Shown here piece by piece: positions 39,761-53,184 of a DNA stretch of 64,000 nucleotides. This DNA is from Octopus sinensis (taxonomy: Eukaryota). Position 1 is the first letter of the stretch, and every line of letters starts with the position of its first letter. The position numbers and the translations under genes were made by a program. Location of the stretch: positions 48,050,001 through 48,114,000 of the forward strand of contig NC_043005.1 of NCBI RefSeq assembly GCF_006345805.1, in the 5' to 3' direction. The notes under the pieces were generated by a model that saw nothing but the letters and a program-made list of their open reading frames with translations, was not told the origin of the DNA and searched no databases.

Positions 39761-40881
39761 CAATCAAAATACCATCAACATCTGGGTTGTGTATTGCACT
39801 TGACCGGAAAATAAATTTGTTGTTGTTGACAAAATATTGTTATCTGTATATATTTAATAAAATTGTAGAGAAAGCCATATGTTGAGAGAATTTTCTTAAA
39901 GTTTCCTTTTATATGCCCTGCTGTATAAAGAATTTTGAAAATGTAATCTAATTTCTATTTAGAATCTCATATGTGAGGCATTATTACAAATACGTGTGTG
40001 TGTTGTGTGCATGTGTGTGTGTGCATGTTTGTATGAGCATGAGTGTGGGTGTTATGTGCATATACAAAGTTCTGTATGTGCATGTGTCTATATATATGTG
40101 ACTGTATACATGCATATGTAGGCGTATGTATCTATGTGAATGTGTATGTGTGTGTGAGCATATATGTATATGCATAAGGATATACATATATATATTTATA
40201 GATATTACTATGCACTAACTGTGTTTTGATTCAATACTATTCTGTGCGAAATTACATGGTGCTCCAGCATGGCCCCAACCTCTGGTTGACACCAGTAAAA
40301 TAGCAAAAGAGTGATTATACACACACACACACACACACACCACAAACAAACACACACACATGCATACATACACAGATAGATAAATCCGATACATGCACAC
40401 ATACACAGACAGACCAGTACTACGTAATAAACAGATGTAAACAGAAAAAGGAGGATCAGTTGCTAGAAGCTATTCTAAGCCCTAATGAAATCAGAACACA
40501 GGTTTGAAGCTAGTCCTGCTGTGGTCTGTTATTTTCTATTCACAAAGATATTGTATATAAAGACAAGGTGTTTAGAACTGTGTATTACGTACAGAGTTGG
40601 TTAAAACCTATTGATATAATCTGTTGTACAGAGTATATATATATATAATTAATAATATCAGGGTAATAAAATTTTAGAAATTTTTACTACCAATGGCCTA
40701 GTGTGTAGAAAAACTAGTCAATAGACTATATATTATTCATATAAATACAGTGTACATTTAAACACATAAGAGGTATCCATCATAGGATTCCTGGCACACT
40801 AGAAGGAATAGCCAAAATCCAATCCAGTGGTTTGGATTATGTGTTTAAATGTACACTGTATTTCTGCATACACATACATAC

Positions 40882-40975
<94 letters not shown>

Positions 40976-41020
40976 ATATATATACATATATATATATATG
41001 TATGTATATATATATGTATG

Positions 41021-41081
41021 GATAACTGAAGAGATGGCGGCATGGATTTCCACCTTGGTATCCGAAATTCGGAGTATTATC
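41021..41081 (+). ncRNA. Candidate hammerhead ribozyme, partly decayed
   Basis: GATAA CTGAAGA [GATGGCGG...CCACC..ATCC] GAAA TTCGGAGTA TTATC: perfect 5-bp stem I, GUA triplet, imperfect stems II and III. Confidence 0.45.
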
Positions 41082-42184
41082 TTAGCTACCGAATAATTGT
41101 CACATATTACATTTACAGATAAATTCCTCTATAATATCGAGGTCTCTTTATTTTTTTGTTATCTTACTGTTTTTATCAATATATATATATGTACAGGGTG
41201 TCCCAAAAGTCATGAAGGTGTTAATTCATTTATGTTCTGTTTTAAATTTGCAACACATTAGCATCATATGCAATACATCACTTGAGAACCAATGTTGGTG
41301 TGTTTACATCCCTGTATCTTAGCACTTCAGCTAAAGAGCGCAATTGAATAAGTATTAGGCTTACAAACAATAAGTCCTGGGGTCAATTTCTTTGACTAAA
41401 ACCCTTTAGGGTGGTATTCCAGCATGGCCGCAGTCAAATAAATGAAACAAGTAAAAGAATGGAAGAAAATATTTGTCATAATCATCATCATCATCATCGT
41501 TTAATGCCTGCTTTCCATGCTGGTATGGGTTGAATGGTTTGACTGAGGACTGGTGAGCCAGAGGCTGCACCAGGCTCAATCTGATCTGACAAAGTTTCTA
41601 CAGATGGATGCCCTTCCTAACTGCAACCACTCCGAGAGTGTACTGGGTGCTTTTACATGCTTGTTGTGTGTGTGTGTGCATGTGTGTGTGTGTGTGAGTG
41701 TGTGTGTTTGTGTGTCTGTGTTTGTCCCCCCCACCATCACTTGACAACCGATGTCGGCATGTTTACTTAGCGGTTTGGCAAAATACACTGATTTCTCGGA
41801 TTTTCCAAAATTGAGATAGAAAGACATAATGCCATGCTGCTACTGTCTTGCTTCTGATTGGGCTTTAAAAATTCTCTTGTTTTTATAGAGTAGTGAATTA
41901 GTATCTGTTTTGGATGCATTTTGATTGGCTGTGGATGATCACATGATTAAGTTTAAAGATTTTTGTAGGTCATATGATAGTATGTTTAGCACCATAGGTT
42001 AAAGCTGTCACAGTTGAGTGACTGTGTTTAGTGACAATCCCAAACAAAACTTTCAGCACAAAAAAATATATTCACAAGATATTAATGCAAAGAATCTATA
42101 AAAATTTCTAAGTCTAATCATGTGATCATCCTCTACTACACTTGATAGATAAAATTCAGACAGCCTTGATTGTCTGGGATTAAC

Positions 42185-42524
42185 ATCAGACATGTACACT
42201 CAACCATGATTTACAAAGTCAGAAAACAGCTCCCATGACGTTCAGAAACATTTTTTCACGCTAATAGTTGCTGAAGTATGGAACAAACTGCCGGCATCAG
42301 CTGTTAGTTGTTGGAGCACTGCATCCTTCAAAACTTCCATGTTTCCTGAGATTTGCCAACACTACACCTGATTTTGTCCCCTCCATACACACGCAAGCAT
42401 GTATCTGACTCATACACTGTTCACTTTCCAGGCATTTGTACATTACAGCATATGCTTTATATGCACTTTTGACATGTTGTGGTGCACCTGAGCAATGTAT
42501 ACAATAATTTCATTATTATTATTA
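42185..42524 (+). mobile_element. CR1/L2-type LINE 3' end
   Basis: QKHFFTLIVAEVWNKLPASAVS..ASFKTS..* (stop 42369-42371), then a 3'UTR ending in (ATT)n. Confidence 0.75.
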
Positions 42525-43232
42525 TTATTATTTTAACTTACAGCAGTTGATGAGAGATTAGAGATATAGAGGGACAGGGGTCATCCATAAATTTGTATCT
42601 CAAATGCATTCTCATCCAACCTATGCTAGCACAGAAAATGAACATTTTAATGAATTTTCTTTTCATTATAGGTGTATATTATAAGGCAGCAGGCTTGCAG
42701 AACTGCTAAAACACTTAGTGGTGTGTCATCCATCTTTATGTTCTGAGTTCAAATTCAGCCGAGGTCAACTTTTCATCCTTTTAGAGTCTATGAAATAAGA
42801 ACCAATCAAGCACTGGGGTCAATATAATCGACTTACCCGCTCCTTAATATTTCAGACCTTGTGCCTATAGTAGAAAGGATTATGGGTGTAATTCATATTG
42901 ACTGAAATTTTGGGGTAGCATCTCTTGATTATGTGCATATAAGGATTATCTCACATTCAGTTATCCACTTGTTGCAATGTTAAGTTCATATCACTGTCTT
43001 TAATCTTCTACTTATTTCAGTCATTTGACTGTGGCCATGCTACAGCACTGCCTTGAAGAATCTTTAATCAAAGGAAATGATCTCTGCACTTATATTTTGT
43101 CTTTTAAACCTGGTACTAATTCTATCAATTTCTTTTGTTGAACTGCTAAGTCAAACCATCAGTCAAGCAGTGGTGGAGGACAAACACACACACACATGTA
43201 CACACACACACATGTACACACACACACACACA

Positions 43233-43270
<38 letters not shown>

Positions 43271-43999
43271 ACACATACACGACAGGCTTCTTTCAGTTTC
43301 CAATGATCAAATCCATTCACAAGGTTTTGTTCAGCCTGAAGCTATAGTAGAAGTCACTCACTTTAATAGCCACATGGTGGGACTGAACCTGGACCCATAC
43401 AGTTGGGACGCAAGCTTCTTACCACACAACCATGCTTGCACTTATGTTGAGTAAAATATACAATTTGTATATCATCTACAATAGGTTTAACTATTGTATT
43501 ATCTATGAATAGGTAATGTCTGGATCAATGCCATAACATATCTACATATGAACGTGGTTGCACTCTCAACCATCACAAGGGCTCCAGGCAGTTTAGTGAA
43601 TCTTTCTCAGATGCAATATAGATTTCAAATTATAAATTTTGATTAGAGAAGATAAAGTGAAAAAAAAATAAAAAGAAAGTAAAGTCAACTGAGAATGAAG
43701 TTTATAAGACTATTCCAAATGCGATTATATCAACCCCTACAATTTTGTCAAGAATAATGAGATCTAGTCTTGTAAAATAAGTCGCCATTGGAAAACGATT
43801 AAAGAAAACAGGAGCGGAGACATGAAAAATCTATATTACCACACTGTGTATGACTTAATTAAACAACTATAGTACCATATTTATTTTGATTGTTTATTTT
43901 AGTACCAAAATATTTATGCAAGTGTGTGTGTGTGTGTGTGTGTGTATGCATGTAGACTTGAGGATATAAATGTTAAAACATTTATATATATATATATGT

Positions 44000-44335
44000 G
44001 AAGGCATGTGTCTCAGTGGTTAGAGTATCGGACTCACGATCATGAGGTAATGAGTTCGATTCCCAGACCAGGTTCTGTGTTGCATTCTTCAGCAAGACAT
44101 TTTATTTCCTGTTACTCCAGTTCACACGACTGTAGAAATAAGTAAGGATGTCACTGGTGCCAAGCTGTCTTCGCCTTTGACTTTCTCTGGGATAATACTG
44201 GGGGCGTGAAGAGGGGGAAGTGGTATGCAAGGGAGACTGCTGATCTTCCATAAACAACCTTGCCTGGAATTGTGCCTTGGAGAGGAACTTTCTAGGTGCA
44301 TCCTATGGTCATTCATGACTGAAGGGTGGTCTTAA
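44000..44335 (+). mobile_element. tRNA/CORE SINE, tail 4
   Basis: Head plus CORE-like domain plus GATGTCACTGGTGCCAAGC...CATGACTGAAGG tail. Sister copy at 49392-49735 (-) and a tail fragment at 53715-53855. Confidence 0.8.
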
Positions 44336-44776
44336 TATGCATATGCACACCCACACACACACACATTTAAACATACATATAGAAACAAATATATGTACAT
44401 ATTATTCATGTGTATATATATTTATTCATTTATTCTTTTATTTTATAATTATTCTAAGAGTATAATTTGGAATAGATTATGCTACTATTTCTAGCAGGCC
44501 TGTCAGTTCGTGGATAAACAGGAAATGCACAGAAGCTTGGTAGATATACTTCATGGGTAATTCAAAGAAGTAACCTTATCACACAAAGTGTCATGTCGTT
44601 TCTGACTGAGGATTACATTGAGGATTGAAATATACATGAAACACTTATTCACTTATGATTTCATACTTGTGTAGTTTTCTTCACAGAACAACTGGAACAT
44701 TGATTGGCAAAAACTGATGCAACATCCATCATATATTGTTGCTGGTTGGAATTCTCTTATCTAATTTACTTCCCAG

Positions 44777-44834
44777 ACACGTTTAGATGTGTCTGCTGAT
44801 ACAAGTAGCAGGGGCATATATTCTGGGGTACAAG
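44777..44834 (+). other. Candidate 58-nt internal exon of an unknown gene
   Basis: CTAAT branch-like motif plus TTACTTCCCAG acceptor and AAG|GTGAGA donor; one open frame, TRLDVSADTSSRGIYSGVQG. No homology recognised. Confidence 0.25.
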
Positions 44835-45985
44835 GTGAGAGCTAAACACCCACCAAAGACAGTGAATTTTTTTTTTCTCAATAATAATTGTGTTCATATA
44901 CTATCATGTATAATCTGGTCATAATTTGTTTTCAAAATCTAATAACACTCCAAGAAACAAAGATTAATCAGGTTGAAATCATATTATGTATAGAAATGAC
45001 ATTGTAGTTGATTTTCTAAGGTAGCAAGCACAACTTGTGATGGCCACCACAGTGACCAGTGATTAGTATGTAGATCTGTATTTTGACAGCAATCTTTCTT
45101 TTCATAACGACCATATTGTAACTGGGAGAAATGGGGAAGATGATACTTTTTCAGTTTAATAAATTTAGTAATCTTAGTTTAGACACGTGTACACACATAC
45201 ACACTCAATAAAATATATACAGCAACTTTTAGGGTGGCATTTAAGCTCTAATCACTTTGATTATAACAACTTCCTAATGACTTTTTCAGTTGATGTAAAA
45301 ACTATGTATAATGTATGCAGAGTAGATGAAACATGAACAACTGAAGAAGGGGAATATTCCTTGTGTTGTATATCTTGAACTCTGTTTTTTCGTTGTTTGA
45401 AAAAAGTTTGTTTCCATGTTTTTGTTTTTATGCTTTCGTTTCTCATTGTGTTCAACGTTTTTGTGATGTCGTGTACCCATATATGCATGTATATATACAT
45501 ATAGATGTAGGTATGTACATATATGTATGTATATATGCATATATTTATATATTATTTATATTATTATTATATATATATATATATCAGAAAAGAAGGGGTG
45601 TATTTCCACACAAGAAAAAATTAGGAGAATTGTAATTGTTTTTAAATAAATATATTTACATACATATATTACAGAAAAAAGAACCACATGCAAGATGACA
45701 GAAACTGTAACAAAACCCCTTTTCTTTACTCTCTTCTATTCTTTTTTTTTTCCTTTCCCTCTTAGCTCAGTATGACTGAACTTTTAGTGATCCACATTTT
45801 TTATATTCTTCACCGATCAGTTTTCATATTATTTCTACTTCACAATTTAAATTTTGTTTAAATCCCATACCTTTATACTATTGATAAACAAAAAATTGTT
45901 GAAACTAGTTTGGTATGTATGTAAATAAATTTATTTAAAAACAATTACAACTTTTTCAAATTGAAATGCATTTTCAACAACAAAT

Positions 45986-46033
<48 letters not shown>

Positions 46034-46198
46034 TATATATACATATATATCATATATATATATATCATATATATATATCATATATATATATATATATATA
46101 AAATTTATGTAAATAAGGATAAGATCGTTAATTTAAATATCGATCTCGTCAAGTGGCCAGCATGGGAATAAAAACCTTCAAAGGTCATAATTATTATT

Positions 46199-46464
46199 AA
46201 AATTATAATTTAGGGTATCTAAGAGATACCACCACGCTGGAAATAGCAGCCAAAACTTGACTCTAAAACCACATTAAATGTTCATACAGCACCAGGAGAG
46301 AAGACAAAAAGGACGAAATAAACCAGTAATTTTTTGCTAGTTTATTTTGTCCTTTTTGTCTTCTCTCCTGGTGCTGTATGAACATTTAATGTAGTTTTAG
46401 AGGCAAGTTTTGGCTGCTATTTCCAGCGTGGAGGTATCTCTTAGATACCCTAAATTATAATTTT
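46199..46464. repeat. Long inverted repeat (125-bp arms, 16-nt spacer)
   Basis: Arms 46199-46323 and 46340-46464 show four mismatches and no indels. Flanked by (AT)n tracts. Confidence 0.95.
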
Positions 46465-47253
46465 GATATATATACATATATATATATAAATATATATATA
46501 TAATTATCAGCACATACTGACATCTCCAAAATAATAGACATCTGCTCATTATATTGTTTTATGTATGCAGAGACTATATGACGCTTCAAACTTGTAAAAG
46601 TATCGTGCACAAGATATGTCTATGAAATAATAGTAGATTAAGTATGTAAATGCATTATATCACATTATTTTGTTTCTAGAAATAGATATTATGAAAATGA
46701 TGGTGTCTGTTTAGTCTTAAGATGTGTGTGTGTGCATGTGTGCATGCATGTGTATTTGGAGTAAATATGTGTGTATGTACGTTTGTGTCTCCTTGTCTTG
46801 ATATCATGGGATTGTCGTTTTGACAGATGTAGTGTCATTCATCTCCAATATTCTGCAAGAACATGCCTGGCCATGGGGAAACGCTACCTTGCTTGGAAAC
46901 AGGTGAGAGTTGGTGACAGGAAGGGTTGTCCAGTTGTAGAAAATCCATCTCATTAAACTCTGTCCAATCTATGCAAGCATAGAAAGCTGGACATTAGAAT
47001 AATGATGATGATGAAGATTTTCTCAAACTACTGTTTAACTCTTCACATGCTCTCTAAATTCCAATGAAGAACTTTTCTTTATTAAAAATCAGTTCCTTTA
47101 TGAGAAGGTTTCAAATAATTAAAAAAAAAAAACTTAGCTTACATATATATGGTTTATAGCAGTTATTTATATATATTATGCTGATACAATCCTATATACA
47201 TGTCTACATTTATCTTGCATTGTAGTGTTTTAAATGTAGTTCTGCAACCGAAA

Positions 47254-47580
47254 CTATCATTTTGATTAATCTAACCTCTTATTACAAATCATTATTTTGA
47301 TAAATCTGCCCAAATAACACAACCTATCATTTTAATAGATCTGCCCCTACAATACAACCCATCATTGTGATGAATTTATCCAATCCAAATAACTTATCAT
47401 GTTGATATATTATTTATAAAATATCCTATCAATTTGATACATTGTTATAATATATCTCGTTATTTTGATATATCTACCCTTATGATAGAATCCATAATTT
47501 TCGTACATCTCTCTCTTGTGCCCTCATCCTTTCAATAGCTCTACTACTGTAATACATCCTATGGTTTTAATAAATTTTCA
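47254..47580. repeat. 35-bp degenerate tandem array
   Basis: CTATCATTTTGAT-like core at 47254, 47289, 47324, 47359, 47394, 47426, 47457 and 47492, fading afterwards. Confidence 0.75.
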
Positions 47581-48651
47581 TCTTGAACTAAAGGCTCTCC
47601 AGGGAATAGAATTTCTTTATATGACCCGCCTGATCACAACAGCAATCCAATGAATAAAAACTGATTATCTCCCTTCTCTGGATAACCCAGTAATGGAATA
47701 TTCTACATCAAAGTATAATTTATTCAAACAACTTGTCTGCAAGTCACTGACAATGCATTCATATTTTCTCAGCTTCTAATGAGTTTTTATCATGAGATCC
47801 ATTTGATTAGTTGAAAATTAGTCAAGTCTTTGCAGTCAGATGAAAGCAGTTAACAAGCTGAACTATTAATACCAGTTGTAATGTCTTATGTGTTGATTGA
47901 TCTGCAAATCTTAGATATATCTTTGTAAACTAGGCATGAGGAAATGATTCTAACATAACCTTTGACATTAGTAATTGACCAAGAATTTATAGAACCTCAA
48001 ACCTGCTATTTTCTTAAGCTTACTAATATCTGTAATTTCAAAGATGATGAGGATGATGATGATGATAATGATGATGATGGCGATGATGACAACAACAACA
48101 ATAATGATAATGAGGATCATGATTACTCATAATGCTGTTGACTTATGAACCTTTGTTGACAGGTGGATTTTTTTTTGTTTTGTTTTGTTTTGATTTTGTT
48201 GATGTTGATTTTGTTATTTATTTGGCATTTTGTTAGAAGTAGGATGAACCTGGTTTATCCTAGGAAAGGTTATTTTAAGTATTTTAAATATTTTTACTTT
48301 TTTTGCTTTACATTCTTTAAACTCTTTTGAAGTTTGTAAAACAAAACAAAAAACCATTCCAGCGTAGTTGTTTGATAAAATTTGTTAAAAAATTTCAAAG
48401 GGATGCATTTTGGGGATCTTTTCTGGCCCACTGCATTCTGAGTTCAAAATCTTACCAAGGCATTCATTATAGTAATGGAACTACTTCTAGATGGACGAAT
48501 TAAAAAAGAATTGAATATATAAATATATATAGGCAAAGGTATGACTGAGTGGTAAGAAGCTTGTTTCCCAACCACATAATTCCAGGTTCAGTCCCTCTGC
48601 ATGGCATCTTGGGCAAGTGGATTTGTTGATGGAAACTGAAAGAAATCTGTC

Positions 48652-48685
<34 letters not shown>

Positions 48686-48742
48686 CCCACCTCCACTTGA
48701 GAACTCATGTGTGTGTGATTACGTTCCTGTAATTTAGCTGTT

Positions 48743-48975
48743 AAGGCGGCGAGCTGGTAGAGACGTTAGCATGCCGGGCAAAATGCTAAGCAGTATTTTG
48801 TCTGCAGTTACATTCTGAGTTCATATTCTGCTAAGGTCGACTTTGCCTTTCATTCTTTCGGGGTCGATAAGTCAAGTACCAGTTACACACCGGGGTCAAT
48901 GTAATTGTCTTAATCCCTTTGTCTGTCCTTGTTTGTTCCCTCTATGTTTAGCCCCTTGTGGGCAATAAAGAAATA
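48743..48975 (+). mobile_element. SINE family A inserted into the tail of a family B SINE
   Basis: 15-bp TSD TGTAATTTAGCTGTT (48728-48742) / TGTAACTTAGCAGTT (48976-48990). The host SINE spans about 48533-49140. Confidence 0.85.
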
Positions 48976-50199
48976 TGTAACTTAGCAGTTTGACAAAATA
49001 ACTGATAGAATAAGTACCAGGCTTTTAAAAAAGATATAAGCATCGGGATCAATTCATTTGACTAAAAATTCTTCAAGGTGGTGCCCCAGCATGGCTGTCA
49101 TCTAATGATTGAAACATATAAAAGATAAATGATGAAAGATAAGAAGTAGATAGTACACAAGAGTTTACAACCTTATCAAGGACAATCAAAGATACTAAAG
49201 TACTAAATAGATAACTAGGATAAAGATGCACTTTTCTTGATTTCTAAAAATATTCAGAAATGCTCAAAATTTTCTTTCCAAAACATAAAGGAGTTCCTGG
49301 AAAAGTTTAATCACTTCAGTTGTTGTGAAGAGTCAACAATGTGATATTGGGGAAGTTTGTCCTTTGTTCAAAAATAGGAATGGGAAGAAGCAGGAAAAGG
49401 AGTGAAGACTTTCACTGGTCATGAATGACCATGGGATTGCACCTAGATAGTTACCCTCCAAAGTACAAGTCTGGGCAAGGTTGTTTATGGAAGACCAGCA
49501 GTTGCTCATACATACCAGCCTCCCTTTTCTATGTCACCGATGTTAACCAAGGGAAAGGCAAAGGCCGATACGGCTTGGCACCAGTGACATCGCAACTCAT
49601 TTCTACAGTTGAGTGAACTGGAGCAACATGAAATGAAGCGTCTTGCTCAAGAGCACAACACACAGCCCAGTTGGGGAATCGAACTCACAACCTCACGATT
49701 GTAAGCTCAATGCTCTAATCACTGAGCCATGCATCTTCACAGGGAGGAAACAGTAATCTTGTCATTTGAGCTGTGCACATTTTGCTGCTGTACAACTCCT
49801 AATAGCAAAACTACTTTCAATCTTTTCCACTCTCAAACAAAAGATTATTGCAAAAAACACACAAAAAACATTAGTCTCCTCAACATTCAACAGAACAAAA
49901 CAACATATGGAAAATCCTTAAACAGGAACAATAATGGTTTTATTCAATGTGGTGTGTGCTGCAACTTTACAGATAATAGTTTCTCAACGTTGGTTGTGTA
50001 TGCAACATAGTATATAAGAATACCTTGAAATAAAAACAATACATCTTATAACCAGGGGACAGTTGTAAGAACAACCTACATATGCTCAATGCTTCTCATC
50101 CAGATCTCAAATGCAAAAAAGGGAAGATTAACTTTCGTGTTTACCTTTTATAATACATGGATCAGAAGTCCCTCACTTCCATGTCGTCTGGAAATTCAT

Positions 50200-50219
50200 G
50201 GAATGTTCCAGAACATTCT
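50200..50219. promoter_or_regulatory. Perfect four-unit heat-shock-element-like motif
   Basis: gGAAt gTTCc aGAAc aTTCt: four contiguous alternating nGAAn pentamers. No linked promoter identified. Confidence 0.35.
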
Positions 50220-53184
50220 ATGGAAGGTCACTCGAGCTACATTCCCTTTTTAATTTTTTTTTATTTTAATTAACTGAGAGGGTGCTACACATCCCTATAA
50301 CTTAACAGTTTAGCAAAAGAGATGTTAGAATAAATATTAGAATAAATATTAGAATAAATGTTAGAATAAATATTAGGCTAAAAAAGAAAATAAGTACTGG
50401 GAGCGATTCATTCAACAAAAAATTCTTCAAGGTATGGTCACAGTCTAATGACTGAAAGAAGTAAAAGATAAAAGACAAATAAAACATCCAGAAAAATGTT
50501 AGCTTTCATCCTGTGAGTAACAATTTCATCTTATCTTGACAATGAAATGACGTAAAGCTGAAATTAAAGATCAATTCTACAAGCAGAGTAAGGCAGTGTG
50601 GCTGGTAGAATCATTAACAAGCTGGACAAAATGCTTAGCAGTAATTTGTTTTGTCTTTATGTTCTGAGTTCAAATTTCACTGAGGACAACTTTGTGTTCC
50701 GTCCTTTTGCTGTCAATAAAATAACTACAAGTTGTGCACTGGGGTCTATATAATTGACTTATCCACTACATTGAAATTGCTGGCCTTGTGCCAAAATTTG
50801 AAACTAATATGTTATTATTAGTAACCCTTTCAGGGTGATGAGTGAGCACAGAATCATTAGCATACCAAGCAGAACGGTTAGTGGCATTTCATCACATCCA
50901 TCTTTAAGTTCTAAGATCAAATCTCACCATGGTCAACGTTGACTTTCATCTTTTCAGGATCAATAAAATAAGTACCAGTTGAGCACTGGGGTCCGTGTAA
51001 CTAACTTAACCACTGCCCCAAAATTGCTGGGCTTGTGCCAAAATTTGAAACCAACTCTATACTAGGATGGATTGTTTACCAATAGTAAAGTTTTCTACAG
51101 TTTACTCTTTTACTCTTACTTGTTTCAGTCATTTGACTGCGGCCATGCTGGAGTACCGCAGAAAAAATCACTGAGAATAGACCCAATGTATCTCCACTCT
51201 ATTATTTGTGAAATTTAAAGTGATAGTTTTTGATTCATTTATGGATTTTTTAATAACACAACTGAACTTTGGGGTCTAAAGTTATCCTTAATATTATCCT
51301 CAAGTTGAGGACTATAAGGATTCATGTTGTTATAATTATTAATCAACTCAATATCAATCATAAACAATTATATCTACACTGTAAGACATTCAAGCCATAA
51401 CCATCTTGTCTTATTTTCTAGAATGGTCAACTCCAGTGCATCTTTTTGATATCTAAGACTGTAGGATGTACTTTAAGGGAAATTTGGCTTCTGTTTCTTG
51501 CAGGATGAGTAACCTACATTCAGGCTTTTTTATTGGCTACTGAAGATATGTTATTGTAAACTAGAAAGGATATTGATGAACTATACCAAGCCTACAAATC
51601 AGTGGTCTTATGCCTATATTATTTCTATAAATCATTTTATGTTATTTTGCTTGCTAACCACATAGTTCTGGGTTTAGTTCCACTGCATGACGCTTGGGGC
51701 AAATGTCTTCTACTATAGCCCAGGGCCAACCAAAGTCTTATGAATGGATTTGGTAGATGGAAACTGATTGAAGCACATGTGTATGTATGTATGTGTGTGT
51801 GTGTTTATGTATTTATTTATTTATATATGTGTTGTGTGTACATATAAATATATAAGTTGTATGTGTGTGTGTGTCATATTTGTGTTTGCCCCCCACCACT
51901 ACTTGATGGCCAGTATTTATTTCTACAAGTCCTTGTTACTTGGTGGCCCAGGAAAAGAGACCAATAAAACAAGGACCAGATTTTAAAATAAGTACTGGAG
52001 TTGATTTGCTTGACTAAAACCCTTCATGGTGGAGCTCCAGCATGGCTGCAGCCTAATACCTGAAGCAAGCAGAAGATAAAAGACAAAATATATTAGACAA
52101 TTAAACAATACCAGTGGAAGGAATCTATAGAAGAATTAAATTTTTAAAAAAGGCAGAAACAGAAATTGTAATGACTGATGCAAAGATGCCAAGATTTAAA
52201 AAGATGAAATAACAAAGCACTATAAGCATAGAGATGCTGTGTAGAGACTGATCAGTCGAAGCCAGGCCAGCATGAAAAGGTTGTGATAAAATGAGGATGA
52301 TAATGATTTTAAAATGGATAAATATTATGATTAAATTAAGAGTATTTGAAAAGACATCTACCTAGGGAAACATTTATTTTTGACAGGTGTTGAACCAGAA
52401 ACAGGTGTATCGTAATATTTATAATGCAAATATAACACGTATATTGTTATTAAGACATTGGAATAGAGTGTCAGTGACCAGGTTATTGATGTATGAGAAA
52501 AGATTTTAGTACTTATTACTATAAACCAGTTTTTGAAAAAGAAAACAAAGCACATATTATTCTGTATAGGTGTGTATGTATGTTTTAAATCATTATCCTG
52601 TCACCACTACAGTATATTTATATACATTAAATATGGTCTTCACCTGAAATCTATGTATTTGTGCATTGCTTAATAAACAACTGTAATTGTTTTTCATGAC
52701 TGGCTGTATTTTATATTGGTAAAACTGAGAAATGTTTAAAGCTAGCTGTATAAACAATAGCAAGAAAGAAAATTTATCATGTTTTCATATTTCACATTCT
52801 TTTCTTCTGTCATCATGAGTTTCAAAGTTAAAGTTTCGGCATACTAAAGAACTTTGTTTAATATTTCACAAGAAAGAAACATTGTATAATATTTATGAGG
52901 AAAGAAACAACTTGCAAAATCATTTGAAGCTGTATTATTGGTTTCTAATCTTGGCACAAGGCCAATAATTTCAGGTGAGGTGATAAGTTGATTACATCGA
53001 TTCCCAATGCTCATTTGGTGCTTATTTTATCGACCCCAAAAGGATGAAAAGTGAAGTTGACTTTAGCAGAGTTTGAACTCAGAACAAAGAGACAGACGAA
53101 ATGCCACTAAGAATTTTGCCTAGCATACTAATGTTTCTGTGAGCTCATCACCTTTTTGAGGGTAGTAATATTACTGAAGATATA

